Source of the DNA: a virus | Taxonomy: Duplodnaviria > Caudoviricetes | Strand: one strand, 5' to 3' | Length of the DNA stretch: 64,000 bases | IMG/VR virus record: IMGVR_UViG_3300027286_000002 | The notes under the pieces: generated by a model | What the model was told of the DNA's origin: nothing | What the model saw: the letters and a program-made list of their open reading frames with translations, nothing else | Database searches by the model: none | Program-made: the position numbers and the translations under genes | Shown: positions 47,992-57,412 of the stretch, piece after piece | Layout of the letters: every line of letters starts with the position of its first letter | Position numbering within the stretch: the first letter of the stretch is position 1

Positions 47992-48064
47992 TGGGTCGTT
48001 TGGGACTCGAACCCAAAACCTGAAGATTAAAAGTCTTATGATCTACCTATTGATCTAACGACCC
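47992..48064 (-). tRNA. tRNA-Lys(TTT)
   Basis: Acceptor GGGTCGT/ACGACCC, D stem GATC/GATC, anticodon loop CTTTTAA, T arm TTGGG-TTCGAGT-CCCAA. U27-C43 mismatch. CCA not encoded. Confidence 0.93.
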
Positions 48065-48127
48065 ATAGTCATAATGAATGGTCTTATGACTTGCGAAAAA
48101 ACTTAAAGCTATATCTCACTACCTAAA

Positions 48128-48194
48128 AGAAAATGTGAGATTTGAACTCACATCACCTATATTGGCATTTTTACAATTTAAAATAATCTTCCCT
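48128..48194 (-). pseudogene. tRNA-like relic lacking a complete anticodon arm
   Basis: Perfect T arm GTGAG-TTCAAAT-CTCAC, D-like stem ATTTT/AAAAT, wobbly acceptor stem. Only ~10 nt where the 17-nt anticodon arm should be. Confidence 0.5.
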
Positions 48195-48313
48195 TAAATT
48201 GTAAGACATAGCTTTTTCAGTATTTCTATTTTCATTATACATATCCATTTTATTTTTTTCATTTTATTTTTTCATCTTATTTTAGAAAACATTTACATAA
48301 AGGATTTTCACCT

Positions 48314-48805
48314 ATGGACAACAGAGAACTCATGGCAATTAGAATTGCTAGTATTTATTTAGAAAGCAAAGACAAAGACAAAGGCTTACCTAAAAAATAC
48401 TTGTCAGGTCTTAAAGGTAAAGATAGAAAAAAAAGAGTAAATGAAATCGACAAAAGAAAAAATGAAACTGATCCAAAGAAAAAGTTTAAACCTTTCAAAT
48501 CAGATAAAGGTGAATCCACTTCCAAAAGCCAATACTCTAAAACAGACATAGCTAAAAAGATCAGAGAAAAAATTGAAGGTCAAGGCAAAGATGCTTTCAT
48601 TGAAGCATCATCTAAAGTATCAGGTGTATCTAAATCTATTTTAAGTGAAGTTTATGCAAGAGGTGCGGCGGCATGGGCAACAGGACATAGACCGGGTGCT
48701 ACTCAACAGCAATGGTCTATTGCTCGTGTTTATAGTTTCTTATCAGGTGGCAAAACTCAATCCACTGCTGACAAAGATCTAGCTGAAAAAGCTGGACTAT
48801 TGTAA
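48314..48805 (+). CDS. DUF5824-like protein
   Basis: KKYLSGL...VYARGAAAWATGHRPGATQQQW..ARVYSF..GGKT..ADKDL. N-terminal AIRIASIYL. Confidence 0.7.
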   Translation: MDNRELMAIRIASIYLESKDKDKGLPKKYLSGLKGKDRKKRVNEIDKRKNETDPKKKFKPFKSDKGESTSKSQYSKTDIAKKIREKIEGQGKDAFIEASSKVSGVSKSILSEVYARGAAAWATGHRPGATQQQWSIARVYSFLSGGKTQSTADKDLAEKAGLL

Positions 48806-49597
48806 TTCTTTAAAGATTTGTAAATTCCATTTACATTTAACACAAACTCCACACATATTCTTATATGGTGGCTTTTGCTTATTATAATGTGCTTTAAAAA
48901 ACATCTCTCTCATATAACAAGATGCTGTGTATTCAAATAATCCCTTTTCTAATAAAACTTTCACTTTCTCTTTTCTAGGTACTGTTATATGACTAAACTT
49001 TAAAGCACCTACTTCTTTTCTTAAAACATCTTCAAATAAATGATATGCTTTAGGTGTATCTGAATACATTGTTATACTGCCATCATCTATATGATCATTA
49101 ATACAAATCACTGTACCTATCTTATGCTCTCTTATTAAATCTACCAATAACAATAAAGCATATTGATTTTTCACTACACTTTCTTTATCTATCTTATCTG
49201 ACAGATATTGATCTTTATGTAGTAGCCTTAACTCACTTGGATGATCAATCACTGTCAAATTGAGATTTAGCTTTTCTTTTAAAACATTCACTGCCTTTAA
49301 TTCTTTAGATGAGATAGCTGGATTAAGCATCTTTATAAACACAGGATAAACTTCATATCCTAATTTAATATGTTCTAATAAAGACCATGTGCTATCTACA
49401 CCACTTGAAAATAAGACCACTGCTTTCTTTTCATCTAAATCCTCAATAGGTTCTTTATAAATACTTTCTTCATCTATATATGAGATATTAACACCATGAT
49501 ATTCTGCTAAACCATCTGCATATGCTTTAAGAGAATAAGGCACTGTGTGTTCAGATTTTAAAGGTGTAAATAACTTATAGAACTCTTTTGCATTCAT
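48797..49597 (-). CDS. Divergent QueC-like PP-loop enzyme
   Basis: AVVLFSSGVDS PP-loop. TASCY...CGVCVKC Zn site. Confidence 0.78.
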   Translation of the reverse strand: MNAKEFYKLFTPLKSEHTVPYSLKAYADGLAEYHGVNISYIDEESIYKEPIEDLDEKKAVVLFSSGVDSTWSLLEHIKLGYEVYPVFIKMLNPAISSKELKAVNVLKEKLNLNLTVIDHPSELRLLHKDQYLSDKIDKESVVKNQYALLLLVDLIREHKIGTVICINDHIDDGSITMYSDTPKAYHLFEDVLRKEVGALKFSHITVPRKEKVKVLLEKGLFEYTASCYMREMFFKAHYNKQKPPYKNMCGVCVKCKWNLQIFKELQ

Positions 49598-50730
49598 GTG
49601 AGTTTCCTTTGTTTTAATTTGTTTAGTAAATCTGCATCCGTGTACAAGTCAAAAACTAAATGGATTCTTGTTTTGCCATTATTCACTACTCTATGTGGTT
49701 TTCTAGTATCTAAATACCAAAGTTCACCTTCTTTAAATTTAAAGACCTCTTTACCTGTCATGCCATATACTTCAAACCAACAATCATCATGTGTATCTAT
49801 TGGTATATGAAATCTTGGTACTTCACCTATGCCTATGCCACATTCACTATCTACTAAATCAGTATGTTGTTCAATAACTTTACCTGCATCTAGTTTCATT
49901 ATCCGAACACGATCTACTTTAGCTGTCTTTGATACCTGCTTAATAATCTCTTTCACTTCAGGAAATAAATCATAAACACTTGTATCTTGAATATGGAAAT
50001 CTTGACCTTTATGTTTTTCATGCCATTTGTCATTCATCTCTAAAGGTTTAATAATAAAGTTTGGATCAGCACTATATCCTCTTAATGATATAGCAGACCA
50101 ACCACCATCTGCATTATAATTTGAATAGTGATTGGCAAAGTTCAGTTGAGATACCTTTTCTTTTAATGCTGTTATATCATAATGGAAATCAGTAAATTTA
50201 AAAGCACAGGCTATTTCATGTGGATCAGTATATAGGCAAATAGGCTCTTGATCAAATAATGAAAAAGATGGTTTCTTTTCTAGGTAATAGACACCAAAGC
50301 AATCACCAAAAGAATTAATCTTGCTACCTATTCGTGTAAATCCTAATTGTGTAATAGGTGTGAGATCACCATCATCCAGCCATAAGAGCCAAAGGTTTTC
50401 TGTTAAGCTATTAAGATAAGATATAAAGACAGGTAAATCTCTAATTTGAACATAGCTTAATTCTATATCATTCGCTTGTTTTACTGCAAGTATATGATTT
50501 TTAGAAGAATAAACTTTGATTTTGGATGGTTTATTTGATTGGGAAACAAGTACATCATAAGCATCAGTTAAGATGAGTTCACCTGTAGAAAGATATTCTG
50601 CAATATTATTCTTTTTCATTTGCATGAAAGGTGAAATGATTTTCTCATTAAGAGTATCATATCTAGCTTGCAAGGATTTTAGGTATTCTAAATCATATCC
50701 TTTTTGCCATTCTTTAAGATCTTCGGACAT
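49594..50730 (-). CDS. Fusion of an N-terminal (GNAT-like?) domain and an Asp/Asn beta-hydroxylase-type 2OG-Fe(II) oxygenase
   Basis: RVRIMKL, HTD (HxD), RFHIPI, GELWYLD..KPH.V.N, RIHLVFD. Confidence 0.8.
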   Translation of the reverse strand: MSEDLKEWQKGYDLEYLKSLQARYDTLNEKIISPFMQMKKNNIAEYLSTGELILTDAYDVLVSQSNKPSKIKVYSSKNHILAVKQANDIELSYVQIRDLPVFISYLNSLTENLWLLWLDDGDLTPITQLGFTRIGSKINSFGDCFGVYYLEKKPSFSLFDQEPICLYTDPHEIACAFKFTDFHYDITALKEKVSQLNFANHYSNYNADGGWSAISLRGYSADPNFIIKPLEMNDKWHEKHKGQDFHIQDTSVYDLFPEVKEIIKQVSKTAKVDRVRIMKLDAGKVIEQHTDLVDSECGIGIGEVPRFHIPIDTHDDCWFEVYGMTGKEVFKFKEGELWYLDTRKPHRVVNNGKTRIHLVFDLYTDADLLNKLKQRKLT

Positions 50731-50809
50731 TTTACGATCTCCTTTATTTATTTATTCTTATATTGTTTGTATTATTCTTTACAAAATCCCAAAGAAAGGT
50801 TTTTAAAAA

Positions 50810-51613
50810 ATGGATTTAAGAGATAATTTTAAGAGTAGGTGTCCTGTCAGATATAATTCTGATGGTACACATTGGTATTGCAAAAGACAACTTAGTGAAA
50901 AGCAAGAGATTGAGAATAAGACTTGTAATTATTCCAGATGTCCGGGCAGAGAATTAACAGAAGAAGAAGAAACTGCTCGCTTACTTGAAATTGAATCTAA
51001 GATGAAAGATACCAAGAAAGAGGTTACTAAAGATCCTATGGATGCACTTATTAGAAGAATGAAAAGAGAACTCGAACGAATTGAGGCTGAAGAACATAAC
51101 TTTAAGAAGTGTGATATTAAAGTAAACGATAAGAATAAATGGTTTTGTAAAAAGAATATGGATAGTGCTTTATCTATGGATGAGAAAGAATGTTATCGTG
51201 ATGGTTGTCCCGGTCGTAAAGCAACCTATGAAGAAGAAAAAGAAGAGAGTATTAGAAAAGAAAAAGTTCAGAAAGAACTGACTGCATTACAAAAGAAAAC
51301 TAAGAAACCTATTGTTAATAAGCAACCACCTGTGGTTATTGAAGATTTACCTAAGCCTATTGTTATAGTAGAAGAACCTATTGTAATAGTAGAAGAGCAG
51401 GTAGTAATAGTAGAGCAGGCTTCACCTTTAGAAAATCCTATTGTAGAACCTGTATTAAAGAAGTGTGAATGGCATATCTGTCCAAACTACTTTGAAGCTG
51501 GTGGTAAAAAAGAAAAGTTTTGTTGCGAACGATGTAGACGAAAAGATAATAGATTAAAATCAAGACGAAGGTGTGCTTTAAGAAAGAAAGAGATCTCTGC
51601 CAAAGGATTGTAG
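50810..51613 (+). CDS. Cys-rich protein with a duplicated C..W-x-C..C..CPGR module and a C-terminal Zn finger
   Basis: Two CPGR-ending modules. CEWHIC...FCCERC. Confidence 0.65.
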   Translation: MDLRDNFKSRCPVRYNSDGTHWYCKRQLSEKQEIENKTCNYSRCPGRELTEEEETARLLEIESKMKDTKKEVTKDPMDALIRRMKRELERIEAEEHNFKKCDIKVNDKNKWFCKKNMDSALSMDEKECYRDGCPGRKATYEEEKEESIRKEKVQKELTALQKKTKKPIVNKQPPVVIEDLPKPIVIVEEPIVIVEEQVVIVEQASPLENPIVEPVLKKCEWHICPNYFEAGGKKEKFCCERCRRKDNRLKSRRRCALRKKEISAKGL

Positions 51614-52546
51614 TTTTTTAGTCATTCTTTCTAAATACAATCTCAACCTTCTTTCAGGCATATCTATTGCTTTTGACCATGCAGAAACACTTGGATATTT
51701 TTGATAAAGTTTATCTAAATATAATTGATTGTAAAACTCATACTCATCAGGGAATTTAACTTTTAAACATTCAAGTACTTTTTGATTTAATTGTTTTTCT
51801 CTAATCGTCAAATCAAAATCTTCTTCTTGATGTTCATTAAACATATCTAAAACTTGACCTTCATCATTTTTTACTTGTCTTGCTACTACAGGTGCTTCAA
51901 ACACAGGTTCAATACCTAAATTTCTTTTTGCTAATTGTGCTTGTGTTCTTGAACCTTCTTTTTCTCTTGAAAGTGCATCTTTACCTTGTTTATGTCCAAA
52001 ACGAACTAACCATTGTGTAAAGTGATACCATACTGCACCTACTTTAATATTGTTTTCTTTTTCTAATTCAGATCGCAAATGGTCTATTTCTACCATCCAT
52101 ACCATAAAATCTCTTACTCGATCTACTTGATCGCATAATGGGATTTTATAATAAGTTGCTGTTCTTAAATTTTTGATCAGTTCAGTTTCAATTTTTTCAA
52201 ACCTATTAAATGCAGGATGAAAAATCCATTGTTCTGTCAAATTCACTTCTTGTACTTTTTTAGTGTATCTAGGTTTTTCAGATACTACTTCTTTAGTAGT
52301 CAATTCTTTAGTAATGATTACTTCTTTATCATCGGATTGAATTTCTTGTGATTGAATTTCTTGTGATAGTTTTTCATTCAAGTTTGCTTTTCTTTGTTCA
52401 ATCATTGAATAAAATTCATCATCATCACTTACTTGACTTTGTTCAATTTGAACAGTTTCTTTTTCATCATTATAAATTTCATCATCAAGTAAATTAAGAT
52501 CAAAACAGTTTAAATCGGATAAAATAAGATTTCTTAGAGATAGCAT
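51578..52546 (-). CDS. Hypothetical protein, possibly sigma-70-like
   Basis: Acidic N-terminus. C-terminal HTH-like SVSAWSKAIDMPERRLRLYLERM. Weak assignment. Confidence 0.45.
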   Translation of the reverse strand: MLSLRNLILSDLNCFDLNLLDDEIYNDEKETVQIEQSQVSDDDEFYSMIEQRKANLNEKLSQEIQSQEIQSDDKEVIITKELTTKEVVSEKPRYTKKVQEVNLTEQWIFHPAFNRFEKIETELIKNLRTATYYKIPLCDQVDRVRDFMVWMVEIDHLRSELEKENNIKVGAVWYHFTQWLVRFGHKQGKDALSREKEGSRTQAQLAKRNLGIEPVFEAPVVARQVKNDEGQVLDMFNEHQEEDFDLTIREKQLNQKVLECLKVKFPDEYEFYNQLYLDKLYQKYPSVSAWSKAIDMPERRLRLYLERMTKKLQSFGRDLFLS

Positions 52547-52697
52547 TGTATTACTCCGTAAGGGTTATGTTTTTGTAGATAGGCAATAATGACAAGTTTT
52601 TTGTTTCAAAGGTCGTGCCTAATTTCTTTCAATAGTTTATCTATTTTCTATCAGTTTGTCAATACCAAATCGCTTTTTAATGAAAGGTTTTTTAAAA

Positions 52698-54035
52698 ATG
52701 AGTTTAATCAAAAAAGCACATAGTTTGCTCCTACAAGCAAGAAATGAAACAAATCCTAGAAAAGCAATGCTTTTAAAAAAAGCATCTGCTACTACATATA
52801 ATGAAATGATTGCTTTTGCTTATATTTATGGTGTCATTACTCAAGATGATGATATTGATAATGTTACTCAAGCTATGGCAACAGGTGGTGATAATTTTGA
52901 AAATGGCATCATTAAGCTAATCTCTAAAACACAAGGTATTAGTTTTAGAAATATCTCTGTAGCTAGAAAACTTGCCACTGAATTTTTTAATGCTAGTCAA
53001 TTGGGAAACCAAAGATTTTATGAAAAGATGATCAAAGATTTTACCTATACTTTAAAAAGTGTAGATAAAGCTGAAGATGCTGTCCATAATATCCTAGCAG
53101 GTTTCAATCCTGTTACTCAAACTGCTTATCAAAAAGTAGAAGCTAAAAATGCTTTTGCTCATGCTGGAAAAGAACATAGTGTTTTACCTGCTCTTTTCCA
53201 AAAGACTGTAGAAGAACTTAAAGTTAATTCTTTAACTTCTATACCTAATAAATATCAAGATTGTGTAAACAGTATTCTTTCCACCATCACTCTTTATAAT
53301 AACAGACTAAAATTTAATAGTCGTGGCAAAGGTCTTACTCAAACTGAGAACTTTTCTGCTTTAACTAAAAATGATGATGAAACATCTACTCCTTTTGAGA
53401 ATAAACTTAAAGATAAAGATCTAAATCCTGAACAAATTGCTGGATCTATGATTACTGAAAATACTTTAGATCGTCTTATTGAACTTTTCAAATTAGGTTA
53501 TGGTTGGAAATCTATCAGAACTCCTGCTAAACAAAGAAGAGCAATTTCTCATATTCTTTTCTCTATGAAATTAGCTTATAGCAATCTTTCATCTTTAATC
53601 AGTACCAAAGACGATATGAAACTATATAGCCAATTAGCTTATCCTGCACAGAAACTTTTTGAAGAAGGTCGTGTTATTAGAGATACTAAATTAGCTGATA
53701 GTCTTGAAAACCTTAGCATTGCTGTTAATCAAGCTGATGCTCTTGATGAATTTTCAGAATTTATTGTTGCTGTCATTAATCTTTATGAATCCATTAATCC
53801 TACCGATGACATTACTGAATCTGTTGGTGAAAAAGCATGGGATAAAGCATTTTCTTCTTTCTTTCAAGAAATTGGTCAAGATATTGAAGCTATTAGTTCT
53901 GAAACTCCTCTTTTAATTCCTTCTGCACATAGTCTTATTGATAATATCGCACCTATTTTCAAACAAGGTTCTCAAAAGAAAGCATCTCTTAAATCAAGAG
54001 TAGCCTCTTTACTTAGACGATATAATCAAATCTAA
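52698..54035 (+). CDS. Helical protein with K/R-x-A motifs at both ends
   Basis: MSLIKKAHS...; ...QKKASLKSRVASLLRRYNQI. Confidence 0.65.
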   Translation: MSLIKKAHSLLLQARNETNPRKAMLLKKASATTYNEMIAFAYIYGVITQDDDIDNVTQAMATGGDNFENGIIKLISKTQGISFRNISVARKLATEFFNASQLGNQRFYEKMIKDFTYTLKSVDKAEDAVHNILAGFNPVTQTAYQKVEAKNAFAHAGKEHSVLPALFQKTVEELKVNSLTSIPNKYQDCVNSILSTITLYNNRLKFNSRGKGLTQTENFSALTKNDDETSTPFENKLKDKDLNPEQIAGSMITENTLDRLIELFKLGYGWKSIRTPAKQRRAISHILFSMKLAYSNLSSLISTKDDMKLYSQLAYPAQKLFEEGRVIRDTKLADSLENLSIAVNQADALDEFSEFIVAVINLYESINPTDDITESVGEKAWDKAFSSFFQEIGQDIEAISSETPLLIPSAHSLIDNIAPIFKQGSQKKASLKSRVASLLRRYNQI

Positions 54036-54830
54036 TGGTGCATTAGATAATCCCAATAAGATTATCTGATCTAACTTTGATAACCTTTTCATTCGCTTAT
54101 AATACTTATTAATCTTTCCCATATCACCTATTATTGAATGTGCATACTTTATAGCTTTCGCAGGACATGGTTTACTTGTATTGCCATAATTGTAATGACA
54201 TAATAACTGCACCATGTTCTTCTTATATATATTAGCATATGTCTGTATTGCTATTATGCCTGCTTTCTCTAAATCACATTCCACATACTCACAATTTTCT
54301 GTATCACAGTAAATCTCTTGACACTGTTCATCATAATAGTGATTGGTCTTTAACTTCTTTTTCTTTTTACAAGTTCTTTGGATATTCGGAATAAATAAAA
54401 CATCTGTTTTACTTTGCCAATCATCTCTACCTGTCTGTAGCTTGCACCACCATTTAGGTATTACCTGCATGATACCTAAACTTGGACTACCTTTTATTTC
54501 TTCCTTATCCAATCTTGCAATTTTATTTGCCTGTGTATGTTTAGATATTGATGGTTTAGATATTTTACCTATGCCACCTACGATTTTACGAGCAAACTTA
54601 CTTTCATGTTTTGCTACTGCTATGGCTAATATAGGATCTACATTTTCCCTTAATGCTAAATTACCTATCTCAACACAAGCACGGATTCGATCTCTTTTAG
54701 CATCCTGTATATCCAAACTTATCTCTACTAAAGAATTATTATAAACACTAGGATAAGTTTTTTCTATACTCATACCATTAACAAGCATCACACAAGTTAA
54801 GATGATCTCATTTATGGTATTATATATCAT
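54009..54830 (-). CDS. SLT-family lytic transglycosylase
   Basis: AVAKHES (catalytic Glu), GIMQV, HYNYG. Hydrophobic N-terminus. Confidence 0.8.
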   Translation of the reverse strand: MIYNTINEIILTCVMLVNGMSIEKTYPSVYNNSLVEISLDIQDAKRDRIRACVEIGNLALRENVDPILAIAVAKHESKFARKIVGGIGKISKPSISKHTQANKIARLDKEEIKGSPSLGIMQVIPKWWCKLQTGRDDWQSKTDVLFIPNIQRTCKKKKKLKTNHYYDEQCQEIYCDTENCEYVECDLEKAGIIAIQTYANIYKKNMVQLLCHYNYGNTSKPCPAKAIKYAHSIIGDMGKINKYYKRMKRLSKLDQIILLGLSNAPLDLIISSK

Positions 54831-54857
54831 TTCCTTGCACCTTCAACATTTATCCTC

Positions 54858-55958
54858 CTATGAGAATAATGGTTCTACTTTGAGTGCTGTCCTTTCTGCA
54901 TTTAGCTTTTCTAAAATATGAAAAAGCACAAGTTGATGGAAAGGTCGCACTGACTTCATTGTAAAGTTTTTAAATTCATACTGATTGATTTTAGTCTTGT
55001 TCGCTTGGTCTAAAACAAGATCTTCAAAATCTTTCGTGTACACTATTCCTTTCTTTGAACAGTACTCTTGTACCATTTCTCTAAATGATACATCTTCATT
55101 ATACATTGTCAAGACTACATCTCTATATACGATTTCACAAAAGCCTTTGCTTACATCTAAAGCATCCACTGATGTGAAACCTTTATCTTTCGTTGTAGCT
55201 GTCTTTGACACATACTCACTACCTATATTATACTTAATCAATAAATTATTGACTTCATCACTTAACTCAGTAATGACTTCTTTAGGTAGCATCCAATTTT
55301 CAACTGCACCATTTCTTGTAATCGCACACTTGACATTCATCCATTCTTGGATGGTCATCATTTTTTGATCCTGTGGTGTGTACTCCTTTAATAAATACTT
55401 TCTTAAAGTTTCTAATAAAGCTACTACACAACCATTGCTCTTTTCAAAGACCTGTCTTGTGCTTGGTGAAATTGTTGTGATTGTAGATTGTGATGTACGA
55501 TCATAACCTTTACCTAATAAGGTAGCTGAAATTGTGCCTGATGCTCCTCGCATTCTGCTGTTAGCTGAAGACCAATCTACACCTAAACACATTAGAAAAT
55601 CTTCAATTTCTAATCCTTGTGGATAGCTTGGATTTTCATAAACACTGACAAACTTTTCAATATCAAAAGTAATGCCAAATCTTTCTTTTACTAATTGCCA
55701 TAAATCTGTAGAAACTGTTTTTTCTACAACAACAGAAACTTGTGGTACAATTTCATCTTTTTTATCAGATGATCCATTTAAATTGTTGAAAAGTGATTTC
55801 AAATCATTTAAGTTAAAACCTAATTCGGATGCCTCCAAAAGATAACTTAAGATTTGGTCTGCTTTTTCAATGCCATGTGTGGCAATGATACCTTGATATG
55901 AATCAAAACCTAGAACTTTTAATTGTCTGGCTTTCTGAATGAATTGGATCATGTCCAT
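54858..55958 (-). CDS. Hypothetical protein
   Basis: 366-aa ORF. Confidence 0.65.
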   Translation of the reverse strand: MDMIQFIQKARQLKVLGFDSYQGIIATHGIEKADQILSYLLEASELGFNLNDLKSLFNNLNGSSDKKDEIVPQVSVVVEKTVSTDLWQLVKERFGITFDIEKFVSVYENPSYPQGLEIEDFLMCLGVDWSSANSRMRGASGTISATLLGKGYDRTSQSTITTISPSTRQVFEKSNGCVVALLETLRKYLLKEYTPQDQKMMTIQEWMNVKCAITRNGAVENWMLPKEVITELSDEVNNLLIKYNIGSEYVSKTATTKDKGFTSVDALDVSKGFCEIVYRDVVLTMYNEDVSFREMVQEYCSKKGIVYTKDFEDLVLDQANKTKINQYEFKNFTMKSVRPFHQLVLFHILEKLNAERTALKVEPLFS

Positions 55959-56004
55959 TTTCTCTTAATCCTTTTTTTATACGATAAAGAAAGTAGGTGC
56001 TACT

Positions 56005-56760
56005 TTGTTAGAAGAGCAATATACTTATATGAAATTAAATCATGGTGGACACAAAGTTGTAAAAAAAGATGATAAATTTATCATCGATTCTCTTGAACTC
56101 ACTGCCAAAGAATTTAAAAAGAAATTTGGCAAAATCCCTGAACTCTATTTTGAAGTTAAATTGCCTGTCTATCTCAAAGGTCTTTCCTCTATCTTTGATA
56201 TCATTAAAACTAAACCTGTTATTGAAGAAGATATTAAACCTAAACGAAAATTAGGTGTAGATGTTGATGCTAAAGCAAACGATATTAAATCTATCTTCTA
56301 TAAACACTTTGCCAAAATGTGTATCCAATCTAAATATGATCCTGAAGAAATGCTACAGGAAATCTATTTAGGTATTCTACATCGCAATAAAGGTAACTGT
56401 CCTTTTGATCCTGCTAAATCTTCTTTATCTACATATATTGTTATGGTTAGCAGATGTATTCTCTTTAATATCTTCAATAAAGAAAATAAGACAAGAGCAA
56501 GGATTTTTGATCCCAAAGAAAAAGATGATTTGTTTAGACTTATTAAAGATAACCATGACTTTGACACTAAATTCCTAATAGAAGAAGCTAGAAATCTTTG
56601 TAAAACTGAAGATATGAAAAATGTTTTTGATCAAATGTTGCTTGGATATAATATAAGCCAAATCTCTAGCAACCTTAAAATCGAAAACAGGAAAGTCAGT
56701 GAAATGACTTCCAAAATTAAGAAAACTATTTCACCTTTGTTTAACAAGGATATTGATTAA
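56005..56760 (+). CDS. ECF-like sigma-70 family factor
   Basis: Region 2-like DPEEMLQEIYL...FDPAKSSLSTYI. Region 4-like GYNISQISSNL....V. Confidence 0.72.
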   Translation: MLEEQYTYMKLNHGGHKVVKKDDKFIIDSLELTAKEFKKKFGKIPELYFEVKLPVYLKGLSSIFDIIKTKPVIEEDIKPKRKLGVDVDAKANDIKSIFYKHFAKMCIQSKYDPEEMLQEIYLGILHRNKGNCPFDPAKSSLSTYIVMVSRCILFNIFNKENKTRARIFDPKEKDDLFRLIKDNHDFDTKFLIEEARNLCKTEDMKNVFDQMLLGYNISQISSNLKIENRKVSEMTSKIKKTISPLFNKDID

Positions 56761-56763
56761 GAT

Positions 56764-57366
56764 ATGCTTACCTTCTTTTACTCCACTATTAATGCAGGCA
56801 AAACTGCTAATCTTATTTTATCTGCCCATGCCTGCTCTCAAAGAAATATTAAATACTTGATCTTTGTACCTGCTGTTGCATCAGGTAGAGATGGTTTTAA
56901 TAAAGTCAGTTCAAGAATTGGCATACATCAAGATGCCATCTCTATTGATGAAAATGATAACCTTTATGAAATGGTATCTACACAGATCATTACAAAAAAT
57001 ATAGATAGCAATCCTTTACAGATTGTCTTTGTAGATGAATCTCAATTTCTCACTGCTAAACAAGTAGCACAGCTCACTCAAATCTGTGATATATATAATG
57101 TGCAAGTTCATGCTTATGGTTTAAGAACTGATTTTAAAGGCGAACCTTTTGAAGCAAGTAAATATCTTTTAGCTTGGTCGGATCATATTAGAGAAGTTGA
57201 AACATGGGCAGAAAATAGCAACACTGCTGAAAAAGCATTGATGAATATTAAACTAGATGAACACGGTAAACGAATTACTAATGGTGATTCCGTGTCTGTT
57301 GGTTTTGCATATAAAGCTGTTTCTAGATCTGAATTTAATATCTATAAACATTGGAATAAGAAATAA
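56764..57366 (+). CDS. tdk: Thymidine kinase (type II)
   Basis: YSTINAGKT, VDESQFL, YGLRTDF.GEPF..S..LLA. Confidence 0.92.
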   Translation: MLTFFYSTINAGKTANLILSAHACSQRNIKYLIFVPAVASGRDGFNKVSSRIGIHQDAISIDENDNLYEMVSTQIITKNIDSNPLQIVFVDESQFLTAKQVAQLTQICDIYNVQVHAYGLRTDFKGEPFEASKYLLAWSDHIREVETWAENSNTAEKALMNIKLDEHGKRITNGDSVSVGFAYKAVSRSEFNIYKHWNKK

Positions 57367-57412
57367 TACTTTTATTTTGTATTCTCTTATATATAGAAAG
57401 GGAATACATAAA

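Noticed and set aside
48797-49597. Complete 7-deazaguanine DNA modification cluster
   Set aside because: No queD, queE, folE or dpdA recognised here and the QueC-like protein is divergent. Cannot be excluded outside the window.
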